Below are positions 41,728 to 51,927 of a stretch of 64,000 nt of DNA, piece after piece. The translations under genes were made by a program, and so were the position numbers. The notes under the pieces are model-generated. The model did no database searches. It had not been told where the DNA came from and saw only the letters and a program-made list of their open reading frames with translations. The stretch spans positions 32,001 through 96,000 of the forward strand of contig CAWDOD010000004.1 of NCBI GenBank assembly GCA_963803805.1, given 5' to 3'. This DNA comes from an uncultured cyanobacterium. GTDB taxonomy: Bacteria > Cyanobacteriota > Cyanobacteriia > Cyanobacteriales > CAWCAG01. Position 1 is the stretch's first letter; each line of letters begins with the position of its first letter.

Positions 41728-43104
41728 ATGAAGTGTGATCGCCGTAAGTTTCTACAATTAGCTTTATTAAGTTCAGGTTCCTTTTTGGGTTCTTGTTTAA
41801 GCCATAGCGGAGATAGAAGCAGACTTAAGACCAAAATTATTGTCGTTGGTGCAGGGATTGCTGGGCTTACAGCAGCCCAGGCACTTCAAAGTCAAGGGGC
41901 AGACGTTATTGTAGTTGAGGCAAAACCTTATGTTGGTGGGCGACTACTCACTGATTACTCATTAGGGACTGCATTTGAGATCGGTGCAGGTTGGATTCAT
42001 GGCCCCGATGGCAATCCAATCTCAACTTTGGCAAAACAGATTCAAGGAAAAACTTTTGTAACCGAAGATGATAGCTTGCTTGTTTATGATCATAACGGCA
42101 ATGCAATCAGTGAAGCTGTTATTGATAAACTAGATGAACGTTTTGATAGTTTATTAAAGCAAGTTGATAATTACGTTGGTACTGATGATTTTATCTCCTT
42201 ACAAGAAGCAATCTTAAAGGTTAATCCCACATCCCTAGAAGATCCCTTAATTAATTGGGCATTAACTGCCTTTACAGAATTTGATACAGGCGGCCCCATT
42301 GAAAAGCTTTCTGCTGGTTATTTTAATGAAGATGAGGCTTTTGATGGTGATGATATTATTCTTGTTGATGGCTATGATTCTATCCTCACACCCTTAAGTC
42401 AAGGATTGGACATTCGCCTCAACACTATAGTTACTGCCATTAAATATAGCAATGAAGAAATTAGGGTTGCTACCAACACAGAGGAATTACTTGGGGACTA
42501 TGTAATTTGCACTGTTCCCTTGGGAGTTTTGCAAGCTGGGAAAATCGCTTTTAGTCCCGTACTACCTGAAAGCCATCAACAATCTATTAACAAAATTCCC
42601 ATGGGCAATGTTACCAAGGTTGCATTAAAATTTCCCCAAGCTTTTTGGCCTTTAAATACTCAATATTTTGGTTTTCAATCAGAAGTGAAGGGCAAATGGC
42701 CTTACTTCATGAATTACCGAATGTTTAGCAACCAGAATATTTTAGTTGCCTTATCTTTTGGTTCTTACCCCAGCAAAATTGAATCAGAAAGTGATCAGGT
42801 TATTCAAGGAGAGATTATGGATATTCTGAGAATTATGTTTGGAAATGCCATCTCTGAACCAAAGCAAATAATAGTTACCCGGTGGTCACAAGATCCTCAT
42901 ACCTGGGGGGCATATTCATTTGCAGGAACTAAGACAACTCCTCAAGATTTTGAGGTTTTAGCTAAACCTGTGGCAAATCGACTTTTTTTTGCTGGTGAAC
43001 ATACAAATTTTGACTATCATGGCACAACTCATGGGGCTTATTTATCCGGTGTTGCTGCAGCAGAAAAAATTATTGTTCTATGTCAAGATGACTCCTTAGA
43101 ATAG
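41728..43104 (+). CDS. Flavin-containing amine oxidase family protein with Tat signal
   Basis: DRRKFL twin-arginine; VVGAGIAGL FAD motif; GGR; GAGWIHG; FAGEHT, HGAYLSG. Confidence 0.88.
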   Translation: MKCDRRKFLQLALLSSGSFLGSCLSHSGDRSRLKTKIIVVGAGIAGLTAAQALQSQGADVIVVEAKPYVGGRLLTDYSLGTAFEIGAGWIHGPDGNPISTLAKQIQGKTFVTEDDSLLVYDHNGNAISEAVIDKLDERFDSLLKQVDNYVGTDDFISLQEAILKVNPTSLEDPLINWALTAFTEFDTGGPIEKLSAGYFNEDEAFDGDDIILVDGYDSILTPLSQGLDIRLNTIVTAIKYSNEEIRVATNTEELLGDYVICTVPLGVLQAGKIAFSPVLPESHQQSINKIPMGNVTKVALKFPQAFWPLNTQYFGFQSEVKGKWPYFMNYRMFSNQNILVALSFGSYPSKIESESDQVIQGEIMDILRIMFGNAISEPKQIIVTRWSQDPHTWGAYSFAGTKTTPQDFEVLAKPVANRLFFAGEHTNFDYHGTTHGAYLSGVAAAEKIIVLCQDDSLE

Positions 43105-43162
43105 GCAAAGCTTTTTCGAGGCGATCGCAGCTTAGAAAATAGAGAAGATTTTGTCTATATCA

Positions 43163-43600
43163 CTATCCGGAACTTAATTGATAAATGCTATTGGCTTGTT
43201 TAACCCACTTTTGTATTTCATCTACAGTGGGACATAAATCCCGGCGTTGCATAGTTGCTACTTGCATCTTTAAGATTTGCCGATGTAGTCTATGGGGAGG
43301 AGTTTGGGCTAGTTGTGCTACAGAAGCAATACCAGAATGTAGTAGAACCCCACAATATTTATAACCAACATTAGGTAAACGGGCCAAATCTGCTAAAGCA
43401 ACCCATTTTTTAAGATGATTAATGTTAATTTCTAGTTGAGTTGCGATCGCATTTTGTTGTTGTAAAGTTCCAGCTTTTTGCAGTAGTTGTTTCGTATTGG
43501 TGATGCCACAAGCTTTAAGTTGAGCTTGATTTTGTTCACTCAACCCAGGTAGCCTGGTAATAGGGTAACTAGAAGCTTTGATTTGAGATTGATTAGTCAT
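43163..43600 (-). CDS. DUF4332 domain-containing protein
   Basis: LPGLS, LKACGI, WVALADLARLPNVG, LLHSGIASVAQLA. Confidence 0.8.
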   Translation of the reverse strand: MTNQSQIKASSYPITRLPGLSEQNQAQLKACGITNTKQLLQKAGTLQQQNAIATQLEININHLKKWVALADLARLPNVGYKYCGVLLHSGIASVAQLAQTPPHRLHRQILKMQVATMQRRDLCPTVDEIQKWVKQANSIYQLSSG

Positions 43601-43657
43601 AAGCTGTCAGGCATTTAATTTACTTTTACTTATTAGGTTTTATGGGGAGATGGGGGA
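43599..43657 (-). repeat. Small dispersed repeat (AAATTAAATGCCTGACAGCTTAT family)
   Basis: Matches 58671-58723 over about 50 nt; the core also occurs at 17787-17799 and 55474-55492. Confidence 0.75.
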
Positions 43658-43702
43658 GGGTTTTAGGGCTTATTTCCTAATTAGGGATTGAAACCAGCTA
43701 AG

Positions 43703-45907
43703 TTAATCCCCAGGAACCTCTACTTTATCAACATCCACAGTTAAACCTGCCAACTTTTCTCTAATTTCTGGATCAAGGGCTTCTTGATATCTCCCCCCCA
43801 GGTACTTAGCGAAAAAGCGTTCCATCGCTGCTGCTACCGCTAAACTATTAGTTTCTCCAGAAAAACCATGGCCTTCATCTGGGGCTAAAAGATACTCTAC
43901 ATCCTGTCCTAAGTCTCGTAGGGCAACCACAATTTGGTCTGACTCTGCTTGCTTAACTCTGGGATCATTAGCCCCTTGAATGACCATTAAAGGGGCTTTT
44001 ATTTCTTGGGCGGAGAAGAGGGGGGATTGTTGTTTAAGACGCTCTATTTGTTGAGGATCGCTAGGATCTCCTACTCGTCTTTTCATGTTGTTAAGGAAGC
44101 TTTCCCAATAGGGAGGAACTGATTCAAGGAGGGTAATAATATTAGAAGGGCCAACATAAGAAACTCCTGCTGCGTAAACATCAGGGGTAAAAGCTAAGCC
44201 TGATAAGGTGGCGTAACCACCATAGGAAGCGCCGAAGATACCAATTTTTTCAGGATCAGCTATGCCTTGTTCTACTAAGTATTTAGCCCCGTCGGTAATG
44301 TCATGTTGCATTGCACCTATACCCCATTCCTTATTACCTGCATTGATAAAGGCTTTGCCATAGCCTGTAGAACCTCGAAAGTTAGGCTGTAAGACTGCAT
44401 AACCTCGATTAGCTAAAAATTGGGCAAAGGGATTATAACCCCAAACATCCCGCGCCCAAGGGCCACCATGGGGAAAAATAACTGTAGGTAGATTGCGGGG
44501 TTCAACACCTTTGGGTAAGGTGAGGTAAGCAGAAATTTCTAAACCATCCCTAGCTGTGTAGCGGATGGGTTTCATCGGGGCTAAATGTTCCCGGTTAATT
44601 TGCGGTAAAAAGTCGTAAACTTTTTCTAAGTTTAAGGTTTGACGATTGAAGAGGTAGATAGAACCGGGATTAACATCACTACTAATATTAACTAAAGCTA
44701 ATTTGCCATCTTCAGTGATGCTATTTAAGCCTATATCTCCTGGGGACAAGTTTGTTTGGAGAAATTCTAGTTCCTTAGTAAATTTCTCATTTTGAGGATA
44801 AATGCGGAGGCGATCGCCAACATAAAAAGTGGCAATAAGTTCTTCGGTGACAGGGGAGAAAACTGAACCACCAAAATCAGCTTCTTTTTGAGGATCTTGA
44901 GCAACTAATTCTATTTCCTGGGTTTGGGGGTTGAAAAGAACCAATTGGGTTAAATCGTTTTCTGGCCCTTTATTGGTAATTAGGTAAACTCTTTTTCCAT
45001 CAGGATGGTAGCGAATGGGGTTACAAGTTTCCCCAAAAATACAGGCATAAACAGGTACAAGTTTCTCCCCGTCTACTCGCAAGATTTCTGTACCACCATC
45101 AGCTAAAGTGCGCACTGCTAAACGAACGTTACCCTCTAAATCAGTTACCCACTGGGCAATATTTTGGTCATTGGTAACTAAAAGTTCTTTTTCCCCTGTG
45201 GTTAAATCTAAGCTATAAAGATCATGAAATCTGGGGTCACGATTGTTAAGCCCTATGATAATTTGGTTGGGGGTATTTTCCGGTACAGCGACGATCCGGG
45301 CTTGAACGTTTTCTTCTGGGGTTAAGTCTCGCGCGGTTGCTAGATTCTCTCCTTGGGGAGAAGCGGCATAAATACGAAAATTTTCATCTCCGCCACTATC
45401 TTGGGCATAAAGAATATACTTTCCATCTCTACTCCAAAAATAGCCTGGGATAGAACGTTGAGTATCTTTGGTGATCGGGCGGGCGGCTTCAAAAGGTTCG
45501 TTAGTGCCTTTAACCCAAATATTTCTGACTCCATCAATGGGTTTGAGGAAAGAAAGATATTTACCATCAGGAGATAACTGCGGTGCAGAAATTTCCGGGT
45601 TGCCAAAGAACAATTCCCTGTCTATTAAGGGAGGGAGTTGATTGGAAGTAGGGGATTTACCCTCTATTTCATCAAGCTTTTGTCTAATCTCTTGTAACTT
45701 CCTTTGCAGTCTTTCTATTTCTGTTTCTTGAGTAACTCCTTCGTTATTTTGTTTTTCAAATCTCTCAATTCCTCCCTCAAATTGTTCTCTACCTCGTTCA
45801 GAAAAATCTGGTCGATTTGGTCTAGCTTGGGCTAGAGTAATTGAGCTTAAGGTAGTCAAGCAAAATGTTATGGCTACAAGAATTCTCAGTTTCATCTTAC
45901 TTTCCAA
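43703..45907 (-). CDS. S9 family peptidase (prolyl oligopeptidase / acylaminoacyl peptidase-like)
   Basis: [15 protein letters not shown], nucleophile GASYGG, GANDPRV, DEGHG; signal peptide. Confidence 0.92.
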   Translation of the reverse strand: MESKMKLRILVAITFCLTTLSSITLAQARPNRPDFSERGREQFEGGIERFEKQNNEGVTQETEIERLQRKLQEIRQKLDEIEGKSPTSNQLPPLIDRELFFGNPEISAPQLSPDGKYLSFLKPIDGVRNIWVKGTNEPFEAARPITKDTQRSIPGYFWSRDGKYILYAQDSGGDENFRIYAASPQGENLATARDLTPEENVQARIVAVPENTPNQIIIGLNNRDPRFHDLYSLDLTTGEKELLVTNDQNIAQWVTDLEGNVRLAVRTLADGGTEILRVDGEKLVPVYACIFGETCNPIRYHPDGKRVYLITNKGPENDLTQLVLFNPQTQEIELVAQDPQKEADFGGSVFSPVTEELIATFYVGDRLRIYPQNEKFTKELEFLQTNLSPGDIGLNSITEDGKLALVNISSDVNPGSIYLFNRQTLNLEKVYDFLPQINREHLAPMKPIRYTARDGLEISAYLTLPKGVEPRNLPTVIFPHGGPWARDVWGYNPFAQFLANRGYAVLQPNFRGSTGYGKAFINAGNKEWGIGAMQHDITDGAKYLVEQGIADPEKIGIFGASYGGYATLSGLAFTPDVYAAGVSYVGPSNIITLLESVPPYWESFLNNMKRRVGDPSDPQQIERLKQQSPLFSAQEIKAPLMVIQGANDPRVKQAESDQIVVALRDLGQDVEYLLAPDEGHGFSGETNSLAVAAAMERFFAKYLGGRYQEALDPEIREKLAGLTVDVDKVEVPGD

Positions 45908-46022
45908 TAGTCACCGCTAGGCAATACTAGTCAATAAACCAGGAAATGATCCTAGCGTTTTTCCTTCCTCAACAAGATAATTAGGAACACAATCTCAACT
46001 GGACTATGCCCCTAATTATTAT

Positions 46023-46553
46023 TTAAGACAGATAACCAGATTCTTTCATCTTGGCAATAACTTTATCAACACTCTCAGACAAATCTTCTAAATCTGTACG
46101 ACATTCCACTTCAGGATTTTCCGGTACTTCATAGGGATCATCAATACCAGTAAAACCTTTGATTTCCCCTGCCCTAGCTTTTTTATAAAGTCCTTTGACA
46201 TCACGATCTTCGCAGACATTCAGGGGGGCATTAACAAAAACCTCGATGAAATCACCAATTTTTTGCTTAACTTCTTGGCGAATCTCTCGATAAGGAGAAA
46301 TAGCCGAAACTAAAACAATGACCCCATTACGGGTAAGTAGGTGTGAAACAAAGCCGATTCTGCGGATATTCTCATCTCGATCTTCTTTAGAAAAACCTAA
46401 CCCTTTAGTTAAGTTTTGACGAACTATATCCCCGTCTAATATCTCTAACTTGCATCCTAAAGAACGCAGGTTTTCGGCTAAAGCTTGAGTAATAGTGGTT
46501 TTACCTGCACCGCTTAAACCAGTAAACCATAATGTTACACCACGCTGATTCAT
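46023..46553 (-). CDS. cysC: Adenylyl-sulfate kinase
   Basis: WFTGLSGAGKTT, LDGD, RDENIRRIG, RDVKGLYKKARAGEIKGFTGIDDPYE. Confidence 0.96.
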   Translation of the reverse strand: MNQRGVTLWFTGLSGAGKTTITQALAENLRSLGCKLEILDGDIVRQNLTKGLGFSKEDRDENIRRIGFVSHLLTRNGVIVLVSAISPYREIRQEVKQKIGDFIEVFVNAPLNVCEDRDVKGLYKKARAGEIKGFTGIDDPYEVPENPEVECRTDLEDLSESVDKVIAKMKESGYLS

Positions 46554-46784
46554 GAGCAATTTTGTTCCCAAATATTAAGACTCGTTTTTGCAGTAAAACT
46601 GATCCTATCTCAAATGGTCAATGGTTAATAGCAATTTTATGACTATTGACTTATGTCAAGCCTGTTTGAATAATCTTCACAGTATCTATATAAACTCTTC
46701 ATCGTAACTTTAATAAGTTTAACTTTCGCAATGATGTAATAGGAAACAAGTTAAGTGAATTTTTGAGATTATCTAGGCGTTGAT

Positions 46785-47579
46785 ATGGCAAGTATTCAAA
46801 CAATTACATCTGTTCTTGCAGGAAGCCTAATAGTTGCTTTGAGTATATTTACAACTAGTTCAGCCAAGGCAGACACCACTACTATTCTTAACTTCGATAC
46901 CCAATTTGATGGTACTCCGGTAGCTACAGGAGATGGCACTAAAGTTAATGAAACTCAGCTTTTCCAAGGTTATGGTGTAGAATTAGGGACAACTAATCCT
47001 AATAATAATCCCCTAGTACTTTTTAATAGTAACTGCGGCCCAGATTTCGGGACTATATGTACTGGTGGAGATCCAGATTTAGCTTCTGGTCCTTCTTTTG
47101 GTAGTGAGGCTCAAGGTAATGTTTTAATTATTCAAGAAAGGAAAAATTTAACGATTCCAGATGATGATACTGATGGGGGAGTTTTTGAATTTGAGTTTAC
47201 TGATAAAAGTGGCGTAACTTTTGATAAGATTGGCATTCTTGATTTAGATGAAGGGGTTGCCCCAATCTTTAAATTCTTTCAAGAAAAAGATGGGGTAGAA
47301 ACAAGTACTGTTTTTAATGTTGGTGATGTAGGTTTGGGAGTCACTCTTTTAAATCCTAGTAACCCCGACGATAATTCCCTAAGAGAGTACGATTTTAGCG
47401 CCCTCACCCTAAGCAACGTTAAGCGCCTAGAGGTGGAGTTAGATGATGTTAGTGGCGCGATCGCTTACCTGCAATATCAACGTTCTCAAGAAGTTCCCGA
47501 ACCTACTACAATTCTAAGTTTTATGGCAGTAGGTGGTTTAGGATTTTTAGCTAAGAAAAAAAGGGTTGCTAGTTGCTAA
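46785..47579 (+). CDS. PEP-CTERM sorting domain protein
   Basis: Signal peptide; C-terminal VPEP + hydrophobic helix + KKKR. Confidence 0.9.
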   Translation: MASIQTITSVLAGSLIVALSIFTTSSAKADTTTILNFDTQFDGTPVATGDGTKVNETQLFQGYGVELGTTNPNNNPLVLFNSNCGPDFGTICTGGDPDLASGPSFGSEAQGNVLIIQERKNLTIPDDDTDGGVFEFEFTDKSGVTFDKIGILDLDEGVAPIFKFFQEKDGVETSTVFNVGDVGLGVTLLNPSNPDDNSLREYDFSALTLSNVKRLEVELDDVSGAIAYLQYQRSQEVPEPTTILSFMAVGGLGFLAKKKRVASC

Positions 47580-47643
47580 TGGCTAGTCGCTAGTTGCTAT
47601 AAGTTTATACAATAGGGAAAGTCGCTACCGTTAGCTAGTTAAG

Positions 47644-49713
47644 ATGCCAGACTTTCCTACACTGCAACCAGGCAATTATCAGATTCTTTCAGAACTAGGT
47701 CACAATAGCTTAGGAGGAAGAGTAACCTACCTTGCTAACCAAGTAGCTAATTATCAAAAAGTAGTTATTAAACAGTTTCAATTTGCTAAACTGGGTGCTA
47801 ATTGGCAAGAATATGATACCTACGAACAAGAATCAACCATGCTGCGGAATCTTCATCATCCCAGCATCCCTCGTTACTTAGATTCTTTTTCTACTCCTGA
47901 TGGTTTCTGTTTAGTACAAGAATACATCGAAGCTGTTCCTTTAACCACACAAAGAAATTGGACACCAGATGGCATAAGAAAGCTTGCCCTGGCTGTTTTG
48001 GATATTCTTATTTATCTGCAACAGCAACAACCTAGCATTATTCACCGGGATTTGAAACCAGAAAATATTTTAATAGATGCAGAAGAGAAAGTCTATTTAG
48101 TTGACTTTGGTTTTGCTAGAAGTGGAGGGGGAGAAGTAGCGCTTAGTAGTGTGGTAAAAGGTACTTTAGGTTTCATGCCACCGGAACAACTTTTTAATAG
48201 GGAATTAAGCGAAGCAGCAGATTTATATGGTTTAGGAATGACGTTGATTTGTTTGTTAACGGGGACTAATTCTGTTGCAGTTGGTAATTTAATTGATGGT
48301 AACTATTATGTTCATTTCCGTCACCTTGTACCATCGGGGGCAAATGCTTGGTTAAATTGGTTAGAAAGGTTAGTTGAACCCAATCCTCAAAACCGTTTTG
48401 CTAATGCTAAAACAGCCAAGGAAGCATTGCAAGAAATTGATCTAACTCGTTTACCGAAATTGAGGTTAAGTGAAGAGAAGTTAGAAGTTAAAGCTAATGA
48501 ATGGGGAGAGAAAGTTAGCACAATTTTACAAGTTAGTAATCCTATTCCCGATACTTTACTTTCAGGGCGTTGGGAAGTTGCACCACACAAACATGATCCG
48601 CCTCATAGCCCTTATGACCATAGTTGGATTAGTTTTTATCCTCGCAAGTTTTCTAGTAATCAGCAAGTTTTTCAGATTGAGGTAGATACTAGCAAGTTAT
48701 TGGCAGGAAAAAGTTATCAACGATACCTGGTTTTACATAGTAATGCTGGCGAAGATAGTCGAGTGATTAATTTAAAGGTAAGAACAAAATCTCTACCTCA
48801 GTTACCACGGCTGCATTATCCTTCTTTAATGGTAGTTGCTGCTGTTTATTTTTTAGCGATATTACTATTTCTGGGTGTTTTGCTGGAGATAAGAGGTGGT
48901 ACTTCTTTGCCTAAATTATTACCAAACAACGATCCTTTATTTTTCTGGCTGTTTCTACCTTTTGGCTTAGGCATTCTCTGGGGAACTTTTATTAACGATA
49001 GATTACTATCTGTGGCTAATCTAGAAAAAATAAGGAATATTTATACTGGACTTGGTTGCTGGACATTTATAGCTACCTTATTTGGTATTTCTGTCGCTTC
49101 TCAGTTGGTAGGAATTTCTTTTTTATTCGCAGCTATAGGTTTGTGTCTTTGTATTTTGATTGGTGAAAGTTTTTTTATTTACAACGAAAAACATCAGACA
49201 AAATCTAAGGCTGATAATCGTAAGAATTTAATCGAATTATTTTTTGCGCTTTTGATTGGCTATTCTCTACTTACTGTTGCAGTGTACTTATTTATTGCGA
49301 ATGGAGATAGTGACCTTGTAAGTGACACTTGGGCATTAATTTGGCGAGGTTGTGCCGTAATATTTATTTTATTTACTAGTATTATTATTAGCTACAAAGT
49401 TTTGGCAAATGCTAAAAACAAACACCAATTTAAACGAGGATTTACTTCTAGTGAAGCAAGTTCAATTAGTTTATTAACGGCTGGTTTAGGCGCAAGTATC
49501 AGTGCCACAATCTTAGGAGTTTACCTGCTTTATAATTCAACTATAAATCCTGATCTAACTTCACAACAACAATTGTTATTAAGGTTCATAGCAACTATAC
49601 CTGTTATTACTCACTGCGTTTCTCTAAGTAAGTTTGTTATTTTTAAACCACGCCACATTAAAAGAATTATCACTAACTATCAAGCCAAGAAAGAACAACT
49701 AATCAAACCCTAA
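47644..49713 (+). CDS. Ser/Thr protein kinase with multi-TM C-terminus
   Basis: VVIKQF, HRDLKPEN, DFG, GTLGFMPPEQ; several C-terminal TM helices. Confidence 0.9.
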   Translation: MPDFPTLQPGNYQILSELGHNSLGGRVTYLANQVANYQKVVIKQFQFAKLGANWQEYDTYEQESTMLRNLHHPSIPRYLDSFSTPDGFCLVQEYIEAVPLTTQRNWTPDGIRKLALAVLDILIYLQQQQPSIIHRDLKPENILIDAEEKVYLVDFGFARSGGGEVALSSVVKGTLGFMPPEQLFNRELSEAADLYGLGMTLICLLTGTNSVAVGNLIDGNYYVHFRHLVPSGANAWLNWLERLVEPNPQNRFANAKTAKEALQEIDLTRLPKLRLSEEKLEVKANEWGEKVSTILQVSNPIPDTLLSGRWEVAPHKHDPPHSPYDHSWISFYPRKFSSNQQVFQIEVDTSKLLAGKSYQRYLVLHSNAGEDSRVINLKVRTKSLPQLPRLHYPSLMVVAAVYFLAILLFLGVLLEIRGGTSLPKLLPNNDPLFFWLFLPFGLGILWGTFINDRLLSVANLEKIRNIYTGLGCWTFIATLFGISVASQLVGISFLFAAIGLCLCILIGESFFIYNEKHQTKSKADNRKNLIELFFALLIGYSLLTVAVYLFIANGDSDLVSDTWALIWRGCAVIFILFTSIIISYKVLANAKNKHQFKRGFTSSEASSISLLTAGLGASISATILGVYLLYNSTINPDLTSQQQLLLRFIATIPVITHCVSLSKFVIFKPRHIKRIITNYQAKKEQLIKP

Positions 49714-49717
49714 AACC

Positions 49718-50977
49718 ATGAATAACTTTCCTGACTTTACTAACTATGGCTATAAAATACTTTCTGAATTGGGACATAATCGCGCCGGGGGCAGAGTTAC
49801 TTATTTAGCCAAGGAAATTAATACTGGAATATCCGTAGTGATTAAACAGTTTCAGTTTGCCCAAACTAGTAATACTTGGTCAGATTATCATGCTTATGAA
49901 AGAGAAATTGCTGTCCTCAAAAAAATCAACCATCCGCAAATTCCTCGTTATCTTGATTCTTTCCCTACCTCAAGCGGTTTTTGCTTATTACAAGAATACA
50001 AAGATGCTCCTTCTTTAGTAAAGCAAACGCAACTATCACCTCAACAGGTAAAGCAAATTGCGATCGCAGTTTTAGATATACTGCAATACCTACATAACCA
50101 AATTCCTCCCATCATTCATCGGGATTTAAAACCAGAGAATATTTTAGTTGATAAAGACTTAAAAGTTTACTTAGTAGATTTTGGTTTTGCTAGGTTAGGA
50201 GGAGGAGAAGTTGCTGTTAGTAGTGTGGTCAAAGGTACATTAGGTTTCATGCCCCCTGAACAAATGTTTAACCGCCAAATTACTCCTGCTTCGGATCTTT
50301 ATAGCTTAGGGGCAACCTTGATTTGCTTACTTACCGCAACCCCTTCTACGGAGGTAGGTAACTTGATGGATGAAACCGGAAAAATCGATTTTGTTAAGCG
50401 AGTTCCCCATCTTAGTTTAGAATTTATTGACTGGCTACAAAAGATGGTTGCTCCCTTACCTCAAGAGCGTTATGCTAATGCCGAAGTTGCTTTAGATACT
50501 CTTCTTTCTCTTAATGTTTTACGACCTCACGAAATAAGTAAAAAGCTTAAAATAGCAACTACGATTGGTTTAGTAGCTGTGGGTATTATGATCGCTACAC
50601 CTTTAGCCAGAAAGCAACGGGTTGCTCTAACAGAATTAAATCCTTCAGTCGTAAATATATACACCCAAATGGGATCAAGTTTAGATGGTGCAGGAGTAAG
50701 GTTAGAAACTGTACCAATGAATGTTAAACAAATTTATTTTACAGTCAAAATTAATGATGTAAGTCCATCTACTCCAGATGGTGTTTGTCAACTCTTTGAT
50801 GGTGAAGGGAAGTTGATAGGGATGGGAGAAACTCCTTCTTTTATTGAGCAAAATAGCTTAAAAACTTTCTGTACTTATCAGTTTTCTAACCAACAGCCTC
50901 AAGCTGGAGAATGGCAGTTTAAGTTTGCCCTTAATGGAGAAGTAGTAGCTAAGAAGAATTTTGTCGTAGTTGAATAA
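49718..50977 (+). CDS. Ser/Thr protein kinase with a single TM and a C-terminal beta-rich domain
   Basis: VVIKQF, HRDLKPEN, DFG, GTLGFMPPEQ; TM at about aa 280. Confidence 0.9.
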   Translation: MNNFPDFTNYGYKILSELGHNRAGGRVTYLAKEINTGISVVIKQFQFAQTSNTWSDYHAYEREIAVLKKINHPQIPRYLDSFPTSSGFCLLQEYKDAPSLVKQTQLSPQQVKQIAIAVLDILQYLHNQIPPIIHRDLKPENILVDKDLKVYLVDFGFARLGGGEVAVSSVVKGTLGFMPPEQMFNRQITPASDLYSLGATLICLLTATPSTEVGNLMDETGKIDFVKRVPHLSLEFIDWLQKMVAPLPQERYANAEVALDTLLSLNVLRPHEISKKLKIATTIGLVAVGIMIATPLARKQRVALTELNPSVVNIYTQMGSSLDGAGVRLETVPMNVKQIYFTVKINDVSPSTPDGVCQLFDGEGKLIGMGETPSFIEQNSLKTFCTYQFSNQQPQAGEWQFKFALNGEVVAKKNFVVVE

Positions 50978-51153
50978 TAGAGTTGGTTAGCGCTTTTTTA
51001 AAACTAAGCATCAAAGAAAAATAAAATTGCCTTGAAAAGCTATTTTTAGGAGCGCACCTTTTCCACCATGTACATAATATCATGTCAAGAAGCAAGAAAA
51101 CAAGCCTTTAAATATATTTTCTCGTCTTAATTATCTGATTACCAATCTACTTA

Positions 51154-51792
51154 CTAAAAGATGCCATCTTGCTCCCTGCCATCAAAAACCTGGTCATCAC
51201 CTTCAGGACAAAAGAACTTATTATTAATTACTTTTGGCATTGCTGTATGTATAGGTTGCTGAGGTTGAATTACACAGATAATAGCTATTGTTTTTTCTGT
51301 TTTAGTAGTACCATCAGAAACAATAGCCACTGAACCTAGATAACTTCTATAATTTCTTTCCTCAGCTTGAGCAATATTAACTACTTGTTTAATTTCATTA
51401 CCATTTGTAAGTTCTTGAGGTTTCATGGGTGCTAATATTTCAAATTCATAATCTCCATTATTTTGATGAAATCCTAAACCCAATTCTGGAAAATCGAAAG
51501 TAAACTTACCCTGTTCTAAATAATAAGCTTCTTGAGCGCCATTCATTGAAACTATATCAGCCTTAGCTTCTGATTCTCTAAAGTTCTTGTTACTACTATA
51601 GTGAACGCACAAAAAACAATTGGGGTCAAACTTTTGGAAAGGAAGCAGTAAAGTGGTAAGTACACTGCTGTAAAGAAAAATCCTTACTAGAAAGCCAGGG
51701 AAAGTAAAACCTTGAGGTTGAGGTTGGCGATATAAGGAGAGTAAAAGTTTGCTAGTAAATGTTTTTGGTATCATGGTTTTATCGATTGTCAA
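51154..51792 (-). CDS. Type IV pilin-like G/H family protein
   Basis: QGFTF prepilin-like motif; ESEAK...MNGAQEAYYLEQGKF; RSYLGSV; C-terminal Cys pair. Confidence 0.8.
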   Translation of the reverse strand: MTIDKTMIPKTFTSKLLLSLYRQPQPQGFTFPGFLVRIFLYSSVLTTLLLPFQKFDPNCFLCVHYSSNKNFRESEAKADIVSMNGAQEAYYLEQGKFTFDFPELGLGFHQNNGDYEFEILAPMKPQELTNGNEIKQVVNIAQAEERNYRSYLGSVAIVSDGTTKTEKTIAIICVIQPQQPIHTAMPKVINNKFFCPEGDDQVFDGREQDGIF

Positions 51793-51927
51793 TTGGACGG
51801 CTTCGCTATTTTCGTTAGCTAAATTGGTTGATTGACTTTAAAAGCTATATTTTCAATATACCTTTTCTACTGTGCGAGTATTAATAACTAATATATCCCT
51901 TACCTTGGCTAGAAGCTAAAATGTTTA

